A stretch of DNA of 64,000 nucleotides, taken from assembly GCA_964016885.1 (NCBI GenBank), contig OZ024761.1:18910001-18974000 (forward strand), given 5' to 3'. Position numbers and translations under genes: made by a program. Below the pieces are notes generated by a model. It saw only the letters and a program-made list of their open reading frames with translations. It made no database searches and was not told the origin of the DNA. Origin of the DNA: Eledone cirrhosa (taxonomy: Eukaryota). Shown in pieces: positions 1 through 15,554 of this stretch (positions are counted from its first letter, which is position 1; the number at the start of each line of letters is the position of its first letter).

Positions 1-2276
1 CAGATATTGAAATCCTATCTCTAGATTCGTTTAAATACATTATATTGGACTTACTTGAATTAAAACTGATGAAATTATTTAAAAAACTTTTGTACCAAAA
101 TAAAAATACACTATCAAGGTTTTTAGTCTCATAAATGCGTGGTGCTTATAGACATTTAACTGTTGTTGTAGGGGTGCCGTAATTACCATCATGTGGGCAT
201 TTAAACCTGACTAAGTCAATCCTCCCCTCCTCCAGGTCTAAAAACAGCTGATTTATTTTGCCAGAGAGAAAGAGAAATACTTTTCTTGTCTTTAAACGTT
301 AATTTTGCACTTTACTTATAATTCCTTTTTCTTCTGTTATGTTGAATATAATTGTTGAGGTTTGTTCAATCTAACTCATATTAATCTCCACACTCAAGTA
401 CCTGTTTTTACTATATCTGCTTCAAGCTGTTATAGGTGGGATAAGGCAGTACAACCCAAAATAAAATGTCAATTTAAGGATTCACTCATAGAAAGTGTCA
501 AAAGAAGGGACACTGATATAAGGTTTGTAGGCCTTAGCAACCTAAGAAATAGATTTTAAAGTTATCGGCAGTTAAACAAAACTTATAAATAGGCAATAAT
601 TTAGACAATTCAGTAGACCACTCAACTTTATTAATAATCAGAAAACAAGGCCACTTATTGACAATAGACCAGACAAAACATTTAACAAGAATTACTACAA
701 CGATGGTGCGAGAAGATCGTGGTTTCTAAATCAGAGAATGTTTCTTTAACAAACACAAGTATATAAAAAGTAGAGGGGATATTGACAGTGCATAGAACTA
801 GGAAATAACTTCTATCAAATAGATTTTCTAGTGGCTAGGAACTTAGTATCTCCAGTTATAATTGCGTTACACATGTTCAGTAAGTATTTTTCTATTGAAA
901 TCAAACTTAAAGGTATACTAAAGTCACAGACGTTTTCATATATATGTTTCATCCAAAGTAAAAAACGTAAGAATTATTACAAGCAGTGTAAACACGAATT
1001 AAAGGTAATAAATGTACCAAGAAGGCTACCTCAAGATTTGCAATTCATTCAAGAAGAAATCAAACTTAAGCATATGTCGACGACATAATTATGGCTAGAG
1101 AGGACATGAAGAATCTACAACTAGGTGGAAGACAAGAGAAACGACCATACTACCTGAAATATTATATATTATGATAGTAATTATTTCTTATACTGTCATG
1201 TTTTTTCTTTAAAACGTTTGCATCTCAATAAAGTGGAGAAAACTATTATATATTGTTGTTATATCATTATACTTTAGTTTAAACTTATTTCTATCTCTTC
1301 ACATTAGAAAGAATAAAAACTTAGTAAAATCCTATATGTGTATAAATATAATATATGTAAGTGTGTTTGTAAGTATATAATAATAATATGCATGTTGACA
1401 AAGAGTTGTAAAAACCAAGCAAGTCAACCTACAGTTCTACACTAACAGAGACGGCATAGAAAACGTTACCTCTTACAAGCGAATGCGAAAAGAGATTGTT
1501 TCAAAAATACCGGTGTAACACTAAATATATTACCGGTGCAACTATTTCAGTTTACCCTTTTATAAACTCACTCCAGTCATTTCAAATCGTGTTCAGAGTA
1601 CCGGCAGTAAGAAAAAAATAAAGCGTTTGCGAAGTTTCTAAATCTGCTAAAAATGACAGCTAAATCTCTCACTCTGTCTCCAATGTGTAATAAACCGTGA
1701 CTCATAGAAATATATATATTTGTATGTATGTGTGTATAAATATATATGTATATACCTAAGAATGTACACACACACACACACACACACACACATGTCTATG
1801 TATATATATATATGTATACATACATGCATATATATATATGTATATATATGTATACATATATACATACATGCATATATATATATACATGTGTGTCTATATA
1901 TATATATATGTACATATATGTATAAATATGTATATATATTAGTGTATATATATATTGCAATGTATATGCATACTCGTATAATTATACTGTATATTATTAG
2001 TCGATATATTCATATACAATTACCCCTCCCCCGGCATTCGTGGGGTTTACAGTCCTAGAGAACCCGAGAACAGTGAAAAACCGCGAATATTGTAGGTGGT
2101 CCATAGAAATGTCTATAAACCTCAAAATACAACGTAAAATATAATAAAAATCGAGTGAGCGTCTTATGCGTCCAATAGGCCAACAAATACAATATATTGT
2201 TGTTAATAATCTAGCGTTAAAACAATATATATTGTCACAAAAAAGGCATATGTATATATATATATATTTATATATA

Positions 2277-2660
2277 TATTGTTTTGACTGCTATTTCCAG
2301 TATACACTAGAAAAAACCGGAAATGGAGAAAATTGAAAAACTTCTTCTTTTTCCCCCCTCTAACTTTTCGAACAAAAGAAAATTTTATGTAAACAAAAAC
2401 GAAATTTTTGCCAAGAAGGATAACTCTTCTCTGACTTAAATCCAAAATTGGGATACAAAAAATTGCGGAATTTATTTTGTATCCCAATTTTGGATTTAAG
2501 TCAGAGAAGAGTTATCTTTCTTGGCAAAAATTTCGTTTTTGTTTACATAAAATTTCCTTTTGTTTGAAAAGTTAGAGGAGGGAAAAAGAAGAAGTTTTTC
2601 AATTTTCTACCCTTCCGGTTTTTCTTTTTTATGCTAGAAAGAACAGTGAAAGTAATATAT
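2277..2660. repeat. Long inverted repeat (~150-bp near-perfect arms) between microsatellites; copies at ~8540-8920 and ~14810-15190
   Basis: ...aaattgggatacaaaa (14-nt loop) ttttgtatcccaattt...; the arms extend to aaccggaa/ttccggtt and more loosely to the (TA)n flanks. Confidence 0.95.
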
Positions 2661-2663
2661 ATG

Positions 2664-2729
<66 letters not shown>

Positions 2730-2864
2730 ACACACACACATATATATATATATATAGAAATAAACACACAGATATATATATATACACACATATATATCTA
2801 TATATGTGTGTATGTATACATATGTTTATGTATATATATAAGTATTTATATGTATATATACATT

Positions 2865-2906
<42 letters not shown>

Positions 2907-3789
2907 TATTTATATGTACACACACACACACACATATATACTGTGCCAATCTATTGAGTACATTGTATTTATTGTGGTTTCTCTCCGACGCGACCTGTGA
3001 ATCTACACACACACATATATATATATTTATTTATATATATATATATATTAGAAGAGGTAAGACGAGTCGCACCCAAAGTACGACATTTGGCTGTTTCTAG
3101 CAGGTTTAGAATTTACTAGTTTCCAAACAGAATTCTGTTTTACACCCCCTCACTCTAAACTCGATTTCAAATTACCGGGTAGTTTGTTGAAGCACGGTTC
3201 AACTGAAATATCTACACCGGTAACTTAATTAGTGTTACACCGGTATACCTGAGGCATAAACTATTTGGCATTCTTCGAAGGAGGTACTGGTTTTTTCGCT
3301 GTCTTAAATGGTGTATATACGCACACACATAAATTAATGTTTATCTCTGTACAAAGAGATTAACATCATTTCTTAAATTATTATTTAGGGTTTTACAACA
3401 AAACGTATTGTATGTGTAATTATACATACATTGAATTTAAGTATTTATTTTTTAATTTTACATACATTTTAGTAGTATATATATATATATATTCATTTGT
3501 GTGTGCGTTAATTTCGTGGGTAACTGCAGTTAACGTTCGTCTCGTGTTGGGTTTTATTACAGAGTTAAAGTGACTAGAGTGTGAATAAAAAAAGTAAGAA
3601 AGATCGAAAACACTGTTGCTGTATATATATACATATAAATTTTATTGGCACATTAAAATTGTTTCAATATTGATAGTTCGGAGTACAATCATAATATGTA
3701 TATATTTTTCACATGAAATCAATATTCAAACTGACCCCAGTGTGTTTATTTTAAAGCGACGAAATTCTACCTCCCAGGGATTTGAACAC

Positions 3790-3965
3790 AGTTTCATGTT
3801 ACTGGGTGGTACGATGAAGCAGAGAGAGAGTATAAAATCGCTACACTGGTCGCATATTTAGTGTTTCACCGGTTTTCTTATAACAACACACTGGATACGA
3901 CGTGCATGAGAGAGGTAAAGTTTTATTTGTCTTCCGTGTTAGAGTATAACTGTAGTTTGACTTGT
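3790..3965 (+). promoter_or_regulatory. Putative core promoter with short first exon (TATAAAA 3831, TTAGT Inr-like at 3860, GAG|gtaaag donor at 3915); paralogous modules at 1425-1680(-), 3065-3305(+), 22435-22590(-)
   Basis: TATA-to-Inr spacing is 29 nt in this copy only. All four module types share tandem ACCGGTGTAA-like motifs and a GAG|GT 39-43 nt beyond ACCGGT. Function is inferred. Confidence 0.4.
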
Positions 3966-6900
3966 TAAATTTATAGTATATGTTTGTTATATATATTCTT
4001 AACTATGCAATGATAGCATCTCAGTCACTAATTTCATCTCTTTGGAGGTTACTGCTCTGATGTCATCTCTTCCACTAAGACACTCTCCATAGCCTTGCCT
4101 CTCCTCGTAACATCACCCAAAGTTGTATCAATCTCCACCAAGCCAACACTTCTCATTATCTCTAAGAAAGCCACCTTAAGCAAGTGTTTCGACGTGTGTG
4201 TGTGTGTAGAATAAACGCAAGGTTTGACGAAACAAGAAAATAAAAAATATTCCTTCTAATATATATATCTTGTACATTGTATTATATTAAGGTGTTTCTG
4301 TAAATTAAAAACAATGAAAGTGACACCTAAATTTAACGTCACTTTGATATTAACAGACATTCTTCATCTTCATAGTAAGTTCAATCAAGGGTTTACTACT
4401 TGGTGTATTTATGTGTCTTTGTCTCATCTCCAAATAAAGTTTTAAATGGTATGGCAACGTGTTGAAGTGAATCACGTTTATTTATATGCTGACTGTGTTA
4501 CGACTAGAAAGAGAAAAATAAAGCTTTAAATGGTATGACTACGTGTTCAAATCAAGCAAATTCCTTACAGTGTGAGGATAAAAAAAGTTAATGTTTTAAG
4601 TTGATTCGAAATCCAACCACGGCATTCCCCAGTCCTATGTCTTACCACTAGACTATAAAGACTTAAGTGATTTTCTTTTGAATATTTACATATATAAACT
4701 TATTTTTAGTCTAACAATAAAATAGCTTTAAATGTGTTTATTTTCACTCCGTATTTGTTGGTCTGTAGGTAGCCGTGTGGATAGTTGTGGTGTATCTATG
4801 CATCAATTCAGTGTGTATAGATTTGGAGATAGGGTTTCGATCTTCTACTTTATCTTAAATATAAAACATTTTTATTTTTTTTATTTTAAATATTGGTCTC
4901 TATCTTCTGGGATACCCGGGGCCACGATCATCTCGAAGCCACCCTTCTAGTTCCCCCTCCGCTCGAACCTACACTACCACCACTTTACCAGACGCCCGCC
5001 AAGCGGCCGTAATTCTACTGGGCAAATTTCATATATTTAAATCTATTTTAGCATTTCTTTAATAAAGAACTACATACGATGTTTGACATAATTGAAAAGA
5101 GAAAAATATTCTTTTACTATTTCATAAGCTCTGGCAGGTATCGAACACCTCATATTTTACTTACGTCAAAAACGCAAACATGTATATATAATAATAATTT
5201 TTTGATAACTTTACAGTGACAAAATACATACATCGATAGGGTTTCCAATCTCAGAAATATCTCCACTGTAGATGTGTGTGTGTGTGTATATATCTTTATT
5301 ATTCCTTTGAAAAGTAGTTTTAATTAAACATTTTTATATATTTCACTATTTCCAAAGTCCTGGCAGATATTGCAACTCCATCTGCAGATCCATTTAAATA
5401 CATTGTATTTGACTTACATGAAATTAAATATATAATTTGTTTTTAAATTTTGTTTTCATGTACCAAAATATAAACAAATTCGTAAGGTTTTCAGTCTCTT
5501 AAATGCATGGTTGTTATAGACACTTAACTGTTGTTGTAGGACTGTCGTATTTACCGTCATGTGTACATTTAAATCTGACTGAGTCAATCCTCCCATCCTC
5601 CTGGTTTAAAAACAGCCTATTTATTTTACAGGAGAGAAAGCGAGATACCTTTCTTATGCCTTTAAACGTTAATTTTGCACTTGACTTAAAATTATTTCCC
5701 CTTCCCTTTAGATTGAATAAACAAAAATATTTCACGTCTACACTTATATTCAACATAACTCATGTCAGTCTTCACAAGTTTTTGCTACATCTGATTCAAG
5801 CTGTTATGGCTTTGGGAGGAAAGTAATCACAAAGTAAAGTATCCAGCTAAGAATTTATTCCGTAGTACGTGTCATAAGAAAGATTTGTAGTTCTAAGAAA
5901 CCTAACAAATATATTTCAAATTTATCGGCAATTAAACAAAACTTAAAAATAAGCAATACTAAAGCCACAAACGTTTTTCTATCTACGTCTCTCCTGAAGA
6001 AAAAACAAAAACAAAACCGCTCGAATCATTACGAGGAGTGTAAACAGAAGAATATAGCTAATAAACAATTAATTTATGTATATGCATGTATGTATTGTGT
6101 GTAAACATACTGTAAGACAGACAGGCTCTAAGGAAAACATAACATTACCGTTTCTGAACACATTTCAGAGTCATACTAACTAAATCTATTTTAGCATTTA
6201 TTTAATAAAGAACAACTCATGGTATTTGACATAAATAAAGAAAAAAAAATTGTTTTACTATTTCATAAGCTCTGACAGATATTGAAATCCTATCTCTAGA
6301 TTCGTTTAAATACATTATATTGGACTTACTTGAATTAAAACTGATGAAATTATTTAAAAAACTTTTGTACCAAAATAAAAATACACTATCAAGGTTTTTA
6401 GTCTCATAAATGCGTGGTGCTTATAGACATTTAACTGTTGTTGTAGGGGTGCCGTAATTACCATCATGTGGGCATTTAAACCTGACTGAGTCAATCCTCC
6501 CCTCCTCCAGGTCTAAAAACAGCTGATTTATTTTGCCAGAGAGAAAGAGAAATACTTTTCTTGTCTTTAAACGTTAATTTTGCACTTTACTTATAATTCC
6601 TTTTTCTTCTCTTATGTTGAATATAATTGTTGAGGTTTGTTCAATCTAACTCATATTAATCTCCACACTCAAGTACCTGTTTTTACTATATCTGCTTCAA
6701 GCTGTTATAGGTGGGATAAGGCAGTACAACCCAAAATAAAATGTCAATTTAAGGATTCACTCGTAGAAAGTGTCAAAAGAAGGGACACTGATATAAGGTT
6801 TGTAGGCCTTAGCAACCTAAGAAATAGATTTTAAAGTTATCGGCAGTTAAACAAAACTTATAAATAGGCAATAATTTAGACAATTCAGTAGACCACTCAA

Positions 6901-8926
6901 CTTTATTAATAATCAGAAAACAAGGCCACTTATTGACAATAGACCAGACAAAACATTTAACAAGAATTACTACAACGATGGTGCGAGAAGATCGTGGTTT
7001 CTAAATCAGAGAATGTTTCTTTAACAAACACAAGTATATAAAAAGTAGAGGGGATATTGACAGTGCATAGAACTAGGAAATAACTTCTATCAAATAGATT
7101 TTCTAGTGGCTAGGAACTTAGTATCTCCAGTTATAATTGCGTTACACATGTTCAGTAAGTATTTTTCTATTGAAATCAAACTTAAAGGTATACTAAAGTC
7201 ACAGACGTTTTCATATATATGTTTCATCCAAAGTAAAAAACGTAAGAATTATTACAAGCAGTGTAAACACGAATTAAAGGTAATAAATGTACCAAGAAGG
7301 CTACCTCAAGATTTGCAATTCATTCAAGAAGAAATCAAACTTAAGCATATGTCGACGACATAATTATGGCTAGAGAGGACATGAAGAATCTACAACTCGG
7401 TGGAAGACAAGAGAAACGACCATACTACCTGAAATATTATATATTATGATAGTAATTATTTCTTATACTGTCATGTTTTTTCTTTAAAACGTTTGCATCT
7501 CAATAAAGTGGAGAAAACTATTATATATTGTTGTTATATCATTATACTTTAGTTTAAACTTATTTCTATCTCTTCACATTAGAAAGAATAAAAACTTAGT
7601 AAAATCCTATATGTGTATAAATATAATATATGTAAGTGTGTTTGTAAGTATATAATAATAATATGCATGTTGACAAAGAGTTGTAAAAACCAAGCAAGTC
7701 AACCTACAGTTCTACACTAACAGAGACGGCATAGAAAACGTTACCTCTTACAAGCGAATGCGAAAAGAGATTGTTTCAAAAATACCGGTGTAACACTAAA
7801 TATATTACCGGTGCAACTATTTCAGTTTACCCTTTTATAAACTCACTCCAGTCATTTCAAATCGTGTTCAGAGTACCGGCAGTAAGAAAAAAATAAAGCG
7901 TTTGCGAAGTTTCTAAATCTGCTAAAAATGACAGCTAAATCTCTCACTCTGTCTCCAATGTGTAATAAACCGTGACTCATAGAAATATATATATTTGTAT
8001 GTATGTGTGTATAAATATATATGTATATACCTAAGAATGTACACACACACACACACATGTCTATGTATATATATATATATATGTATACATACATGCATAT
8101 ATATATATGTATATATATGTATACATATATACATACATGCATATATATATATACATGTGTGTCTATATATATATATATGTACATATATGTGTAAATATGT
8201 ATATATATTAGTGTATATATATATTGCAATGTATATGCATACTCGTATAATTATACTGTATATTATTAGTCGATATATTCATATACAATTACCCCTCCCC
8301 CGGCATTCGTGGGGTTTACAGTCCTAGAGAACCCGAGAACAGTGAAAAACCGCGAATATTGTAGGTGGTGCATAGAAATGCCTATAAACCTCAAAATACA
8401 ACGTAAAATATAATAAAAATCGAGTGAGCGTCTTATGCGTCCAATAGGCCAACAAATACAATATATTGTTGTTAATAATCTAGCGTTAAAACAATATATA
8501 TTGTCACAAAAAAGGCATATATATATATATATATATATATATTGTTTTGACTGCTATTTCCAGTATACACTAGAAAAAACCGGAAATGGAGAAAATTGAA
8601 AAACTTCTTCTTTTTCCCCCCTCTAACTTTTCAAACAAAAGAAAATTTTATGTAAACAAAAACGAAATTTTTGCCAAGAAAGATAACTCTTCTCTGACTT
8701 AAATCCAAAATTGGGATACAAAAAATTGCGGAATTTATTTTGTATCCCAATTTTGGATTTAAGTCAGAGAAGAGTTATCTTTCTTGGCAAAAATTTCGTT
8801 TTTGTTTACATAAAATTTCCTTTTGTTTGAAAAGTTAGAGGAGGGAAAAAGAAGAAGTTTTTCAATTTTCTACCCTTCCGGTTTTTCTTTTTTATGCTAG
8901 AAAGAACAGTGAAAGTAATATATATG

Positions 8927-9003
<77 letters not shown>

Positions 9004-9112
9004 GAAATAAACACACAGATATATATATATACACACATATATATCTATATATGTGTGTATGTATACATATGTTTATGTATATATATAAGTATTTATATGT
9101 ATATATACATTT

Positions 9113-9173
<61 letters not shown>

Positions 9174-12100
9174 TATTTATATGTACACACACACACACAC
9201 ATATATACTGTGCCAATCTATTGAGTACATTGTATTTATTGTGGTTTCTCTCCGACGCGACCTGTGAATCTACACACACACATATATATATATTTATTTA
9301 TATATATATATATATTAGAAGAGGTAAAACGAGTCGCACCCAAAGTACGACATTTGGCTGTTTCTAGCAGGTTTAGAATTTACTATTTTCCAAACAGAAT
9401 TCTGTTTTACACCCCCTCACTCTAAACTCGATTTCAAATTACCGGGTAGTTTGTTGAAGCACGGTTCAACTGAAATATCTACACCGGTAACTTAATTAGT
9501 GTTACACCGGTATACCTGAGGCATAAACTATTTGGCATTCTTCGAAGGAGGTACTGGTTTTTTCGCTGTCTTAAATGGTGTATATACGCACACACATAAA
9601 TTAATGTTTATCTCTGTACAAAGAGATTAACATCATTTCTTAAATTATTATTTAGGGTTTTACAACAAAACGTATTGTATGTGTAATTATACATACATTG
9701 AATTTAAGTATTTATTTTTTAATTTTACATACATTTTAGTAGTATATATATATATTCATTTGTGTGTGCGTTAATTTCGTGGGTAACTGCAGTTAACGTT
9801 CGTCTCGTGTTGGGTTTTATTACAGAGTTAAAGTGACTGTAGAGTGTGAATAAAAAAAGTAAGAAAGATCGAAAACACTGTTGCTGTATAGATATATATA
9901 AATTTTATTGGCACATTAAAATTGTTTCAATATTGATAGTTCGGAGTACAATCATAATATGTATATATTTTTCACATGAAATCAATATTCAAACTGACCC
10001 CAGTGTGTTTATTTTAAAGCGACGAAATTCTACCTCCCAGGGATTTGAACACAGTTTCATGTTACTGGGTGGTACGATGAAGCAGAGAGAGAGAGTATAA
10101 AATCGCTACACTGGTGGCATATTTAGTGTTTCACCGGTTTTCTTATAACAACACACTGGATACGACGTGCATGAGAGAGGTAAAGTTTTATTTGTCTTCC
10201 GTGTTAGAGTATAACTGTAGTTTGACTTGTTAAATTTATAGTATATGTTTGTTATATATATTCTTAACTATGCAATGATAGCATCTCGGTCACTAATTTC
10301 ATCTCTTTGGAGGTTACTGCTCTGATGTCATCTCTTCCACTAAGACACTCTCCATAGCCTTGCCTCTCCTCGTAACATCACCCAAAGTTGTATCAATCTC
10401 CACCAAGCCAACACTTCTCATTATCTCTAAGAAAGCCACCTTAAGCAAGTGTTTCGACGTGTGTGTGTGTAGAATAAACGCAAGGTTTGACGGAACAAGA
10501 AAATAAAAAATATTCCTTCTAATATATATATCTTGTACATTGTATTATATTAAGGTGTTTCTGTAAATTAAAAACAATGAAAGTGACCCCTAAATTTAAC
10601 GTCACTTTGATATTAACAGACATTCTTCATCTTCATAGTAAGTTAAATCAAGGGTTTACTACTTAGTGTATTTATGTGTCTTTGTCTCATCTCCAAATAA
10701 AGTTTTAAATGGTATGGCAACGTGTTGAAGTGAATCACGCTTATTTATATGCTGACTGTGTTACGACTAGAAAGAGAAAAATAAAGCTTTAAATGGTATG
10801 ACTACGTGTTCAAATCAAGCAAATTCCTTACAGTGTGAGGATAAAAAAAGTTAATGTTTTAAGTTGATTCGAAATCCAACCACGGCATTCCCCAGTCCTA
10901 CGTCTTACCACTAGACTATAAAGACTTAAGTGATTTGCTTTTGAATATTTACATATATAAACTTATTTTTAGTCTAATAATAAAATAGCTTTAAATGTGT
11001 TTATTTTCACTCCGTATTTGTTGGTCTGTAGGTGGCCGTGTGGGTAGTTGTGGTGTATCTATGCATCAATTCAGTGTGTATAGATTTGGAGATAGGGTTT
11101 CGATCTTCTACTTTATCTTAAATATAAAACATTTTAATTTTTTTTATTTTAAAGATTGGTCTCTATCTTCTGGGCTACCCGGAACCACGATCATCTCGAA
11201 GCCACCCTTTTAGTTCCCCCTCCGCTCGAACCTACACTACCACCACTTTACCAGACGCCCGCAAAGCGGCCGTAATTCTACTGGGCAAATTTCATATATT
11301 TAAATCTATTTTAGCATTTCTTTAATAAAGAACTACATACGATGTTTGACATAATTGAAAAGAGAAAAATATTCTTTTACTATTTCATAAGCTCTGGCAG
11401 GTATCGAACACCTCATATTTTACTTACGTCAAAAACGCAAACATGTATATATAATAATAATTTTTTGATAACTTTACAGTGACAAAATACATACATCGAT
11501 AGGGTTTCCAATCTCAGAAATATCTCCACTAGAGATGTGTGTGTGTATATATCTTTATTATTCCTTTGAAAAGTAGTTTTAATTAAACATTTTTATATAT
11601 TTCACTATTTCCAAAGTCCTGGCAGATATTGCAACTCCATCTGTAGATTCATGTAAATACATTGTATTTGACTTACATGAAATTAAATATATAATTTGTT
11701 TTTAAATTTTGTTTTCAAGTACCAAAATATAAACAAATTAGTAAGGTTTTCAGTCTCTGAAATGCATGGTTGTTATAGACACTTAACTGTTCTTGTAGGG
11801 CTGTCGTATTTACCGTCATATGTACATTTAAATCTTACTGAGTCAATCCTCCCATCCTCCTGGTCTAAAAACAGCCTATTTATTTTACAGGAGAGAAAGC
11901 GAGATACCTTTCTTATGCCTTTAAACGTTAATTTTGCACTTGACTTAAAATTCTTTTTCCTTCCCTTTAGATTGAATAAACAAAAATATTTTACGTCTAC
12001 ACTTATATTCAACATAACTCATGTCAGTCTTCACAAGTTTTTGCTACATCTGATTCAAGCTGTTATGGCTTTGGGAGGAAAGTAATCACAAAGTAAAGTA

Positions 12101-15100
12101 TCCAGCTAAGAATTTATTCCGTAGTACGTGTCATAAGAAAGATTTGTAGTTCTAAGAAACCTAACAAATATATTTCAAATTTATCGGCAATTAAACAAAA
12201 CTTAAAAATAAGCAATACTAAAGCCACAAACGTTTTTCTATCTACGTCTCTCCTGAAGAAAAAACAAAAACAAAACCGCTCGAATTATTACGAGGAGTGT
12301 AAACAGAAGAATATAGCTAATAAACAATTAATTTATGTATATGCATGTATGTATTGTGTGTAAACATACTGTAAGACAGACAGGCTCTAAGGAAAACATA
12401 ACATTACCGTTTCTGAACACATTTCAGAGTCATACTAACTAAATCTATTTTAGCATTTCTTTAATAAAGAACAACTCATGGTATTTGACATAAATGAAAA
12501 AAAAAAAAAAAATTGTTTTACTATTTCATAAGCTCTGGCAGATATTGAAATCCTATCTCTAGATTCGTTTAAATACATTATATTGGACTTACTTGAATTT
12601 AAAACTGATGAAATTATTTAAAAAACTTTTGTACCAAAATAAAAATACACTATCAAGGTTTTTAGTCTCATAAATGCGTGGTGGTTATAGACATTTAACT
12701 GTTGTTGTAGGGGTGCCGTAATTACCATCATGTGGGCATTTAAACCTGACTGAGTCAATCCTCCCCTCCTCCAGGTCTAAAAACAGCTGATTTATTTTGC
12801 CAGAGAGAAAGAGAAATACTTTTCTTGTCTTTAAACGTTAATTTTGCACTTTACTTATAATTCCTTTTTCTTCTCTTATGTTGAATATAATTGTTGAGGT
12901 TTGTTCAATCTAACTCATATTAGTCTCCACAGTCAAGGACCTGGTTTTACTATATCTGCTTCAAGCTGTTATAGGTGGGATAAGGCAGTACAACCCAAAA
13001 TAAAATGTCAATTTAAGGATTCACTCGTAGAAAGTGTCAAAAGAAGGGACACTGATATAAGGTTTGTAGGCCTAAGCAACCTAAGAAATAGATTTTAAAG
13101 TTATCGGCAGTTAAACAAAACTTATAAATAGGCAATAATTTAGACAATTCAGTAGACCACTTAACTTTTTTATTAATAATCAGAAAACAAGGCCACTTAT
13201 TGACAATAGACCAGACAAAACATTTAACAAGAATTACTACAACGATGGTGCGAGAAGATCGTGGTTTCTAAATCAGAGAATGTTTCTTTAACAAACACAA
13301 GTATATAAAAAGTAGAGGGGATATTGACAGTGCATAGAACTAGGAAATAACTTCTATCAAATAGATTTTCTAGTGGCTAGGAACTTAGTATCTCCAGTTA
13401 TAATTGCGTTACACATGTTCAGTAAGTATTTTTCTATTGAAATCAAACTTAAAGGTATACTAAAGTCACAGACGTTTTCATATATATGTTTCATCCAAAG
13501 TAAAAAACGTAAGAATTATTACAAGCAGTGTAAACACGAATTAAAGCTAATAAATGTACCAAGAAGGCTACCTCAAGATTTGCAATTCATTCAAGAAGAA
13601 ATCAAACTTATGCATATGTCGACGACATAATTATGGCTAGAGAGGACATGAAGAATCTACAACTAGGTGGAAGACAAGAGAAACGACCATACTACCTGAA
13701 ATATTATATATTATGATAGTAATTATTTCTTATACTGTCATGTTTTTTCTTTAAAACGTTTGCATCTCAATAAAGTGGAGAAAACTATTATATACTGTTG
13801 TTATATCATTATACTTTAGTTTAAACTTATTTCTATCTCTTCACATTAGAAAGAATAAAAACTTAGTAAAATCCTATATGTGTATAAATATAATATATGT
13901 AAGTGTGTTTGTAAGTATATAATAATAATATGCATGTTGACAAAGAGTTGTAAAAACCAAGCAAGTCAACCTACAGTTCTACACTAACAGAGACGGCATA
14001 GAAAACGTTACCTCTTACAAGCGAATGCGAAAAGAGATTGTTTCAAAAATACCGGTGTAACACTAAATATATTACCGGTGCAACTATTTCAGTTTACCCT
14101 TTTATAAACTCACTCCAGTCATTTCAAATCGTGTTCAGAGTACCGGCAGTAAGAAAAAAATAAAGCGTTTGCGAAGTTTCTAAATCTGCTAAAAATGACA
14201 GCTAAATCTCTCACTCTGTCTCCAATGTGTAATAAACCGTGACTCATAGAAATATATATATTTGTATGTATGTGTGTATAAATATATATGTATATACCTA
14301 AGAATGTACACACACACACACACGTCTATGTATATATATATATATATATATATACATATGTATACATACATGCATATATATATATGTATATATATGTATA
14401 CATATATACATACATGCATATATATATATACATGTGTGTCTATATATATATATATGTACATATATGTGTAAATATGTATATATATTAGTGTATATATATA
14501 TTGCAATGTATATGCATACTCGTATAATTATACTGTATATTATTAGTCGATATATTCATATACAATTACCCCTCCCCCGGCATTCGTGGGGTTTACAGTC
14601 CTAGAGAACCCGAGAACAGTGAAAAACCGCGAATATTGTAGGTGGTCCATAGAAATGCCTATAGACCTCAAAATACAACGTAAAATATAATAAAAATCGA
14701 GTGAGCGTCTTATGCGTCCAATAGGCCAACAAATACAATATATTGTTGTTAATAATCTAGCGTTAAAACAATATATATTGTCACAAAAAAGGCATATATA
14801 TATATATATATTTTGTTTTGACTGCTATTTCTAGTATACACTAGAAAAAACCGGAAGTGGAGAAAATTGCAAAACTTCTTCTTTTTCTCCCCTCTAACTT
14901 TTCAAACAAAAGAAAATTTTATGTAAACAAAAACGAAATTTTTGCCAAGAAAGATAACTCTTCTCTGACTTAAATCCAAAATTGGGATACAAAAAATTGC
15001 GGAATTTATTTTGTATCCCAATTTTGGATTTAAGTCAGAGAAGAGTTATCTTTCTTGGCAAAAATTTCGTTTTTGTTTACATAAAATTTCCTTTTGTTTG

Positions 15101-15197
15101 AAAAGTTAGAGGAGGGAAAAAGAAGAAGTTTTGCAATTTTCTACCCTTCCGGTTTTTCTTTTTTATGCTAGAAAGAACAGTGAAAGTAATATATATG

Positions 15198-15228
<31 letters not shown>

Positions 15229-15369
15229 CACACACACACACATATATATATATATATAGAAATAAACACACATATATATATATATACACACATATATATC
15301 TATATATGTGTGTATGTATACATATGTTTATGTATATATATAAGTATTTATATGTATATATACATTTAT

Positions 15370-15414
<45 letters not shown>

Positions 15415-15522
15415 TATTTATATGTACACACACACACACATATATACTGTGCCAATCTATTGAGTACATTGTATTTATTGTGGTTTCTCTCCGACGCGAC
15501 CTGTGAATCTACACACACACAT

Positions 15523-15554
<32 letters not shown>

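Noticed and set aside
362-1088. Short ORFs repeated in each array unit (65 and 85 aa; also 5503-5826 and 5514-5756)
   Set aside because: Mostly non-ATG starts, no recognisable domain, conserved only because the units are near-identical. The 85-aa frame is broken in the diverged fourth copy.
3860-3965. Spliced-leader RNA gene interpretation of the GAG|GT modules
   Set aside because: Leader sequences differ between copies and no canonical Sm site (RAU4-6GR) follows the donor. Kept only as a remote possibility.
4010-4195. Minus-strand ORF-like stretch (SKHLLKVAFLEIMRSVG...)
   Set aside because: No splice signals or recognisable family. Possibly a decayed repeat.
4955-5000. Similarity to 61925-61960 (TYTTTT-encoding stretch)
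   Set aside because: Short and low complexity (acc repeats); could be chance.
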